From Octopus sinensis (Eukaryota): a DNA stretch of 64,000 bases. Location of the stretch: positions 41,354,001 to 41,418,000 of the forward strand of contig NC_042998.1 in NCBI RefSeq assembly GCF_006345805.1, in the 5' to 3' direction. A model generated the notes under the pieces. It did not search any database. It had not been told where the DNA came from and saw only the letters and a program-made list of their open reading frames with translations. Below are positions 63,101-64,000 of this stretch, one piece after another; the stretch's first letter is position 1, and each line of letters opens with the position of its first letter. A program made the translations under genes and the position numbers.

Positions 63101-64000
63101 TATATATATATAATATGTGTGTATATCAACATACATAAAATAATAATAACAACAATAATAATAATAATAAAGTATTAACCAGTAAGAAAAAGTAAGTACA
63201 CTGCTAGAGCCATTTGTATAAAAGAATTAAAATTTCTGATGTTTACATTCATGACATTTTAGTTATGTGGTGCATGTGTACAATAAGGTAAATTTCACCA
63301 ACCTTTTGGCAATGATAGTGAGAGCATGACATGTTACATTTTGTTTTAATAAAGTCAGTTGGAAAATATCTCTGCAACTGCTAGACACATCTGAAAGAGA
63401 GAAATAAAACCATTCCATTCAAGTTGGTATAAGCACAAAATGATTGAGACAATATATGGTGAACACTAGCAATTGCTCAAAGAAGCAAGTGAGCTCAGTC
63501 TGAAATAACCATTGTCAAGAACATTGTACACATGCACTGGAACTAACATACTTCCTTTGGTTTGAAGTAAAAGGTGCAAAAGACTAGAATGTATGAGTTA
63601 CTGTCATAGCACCAAATATTCTGATAGCAATAAAAAACATACTTCACAAAACAAAAACCAACCAGATATGTGATAAGATGGCTGCTTATCTTCACTACAT
63701 ATTAGATTATCTTGTGTTTATGTGTAATTTGTCAAACATTTTGAATAATCAGTACAAAAACTGAAATACTCTGTTAAGTCTTCTTGTCAGTTTTGTGTTT
63801 TGATACTTCTGGATTCTTCTAACAAGTTATGTGTAAGCAAGCAAATGATGACAATCACAAGAAAATCAAAGACTATTAGATTCTCATTAAACAGGAATTT
63901 AAGAAAACTTGAGACTTCTGTAGTAGTTATAAATTCCTATCAGCTGATGGTTTACATACCTTATCCACAGTTACAATTTGGAATTATAAACAAACAACTT

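Noticed and set aside
1-64000. CRISPR array, rRNA or bacterial operon
   Set aside because: No repeat-spacer arrays or rRNA-like sequence; the window is spliceosomal intron DNA of an animal gene.
38427-64000. Exon-56 equivalent of dystrophin
   Set aside because: I scanned acceptor-like sites and found none followed by an open spectrin-like frame; it probably lies beyond the window, though a missed exon cannot be excluded without a search.

Overview
AT-rich eukaryotic genomic DNA, most consistent with a coleoid cephalopod (Octopus-type SINEs, RTE tails and microsatellites; the organism call is inference). The window lies inside a large + strand dystrophin gene. Two spectrin-repeat exons (2811-2965, 155 nt; 17668-17857, 190 nt) match human DMD exons 54 and 55 in motif, length and phase as I recall them. 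They are separated by a 14.7 kb intron and followed by an intron of more than 46 kb; I found no exon-56 equivalent in the window. The best find is inside that long intron: a GC/CpG-rich candidate alternative first exon (ATG 38322 to a phase-0 CAG|GTAGGT donor at 38426). It encodes a 35-aa basic N-terminus and would give a Dp116/G-utrophin/Dp186-like short dystrophin isoform. The rest is intron filled with mobile-element relics: two mariners, mariner and piggyBac MITEs, a decayed Gypsy element, nested Helitron-like elements, RTE fragments and several SINE families. It also has several long inverted repeats that could form dsRNA in the pre-mRNA. Most ORF-track entries are spurious. No rRNA, confident tRNA gene or CRISPR array was seen.
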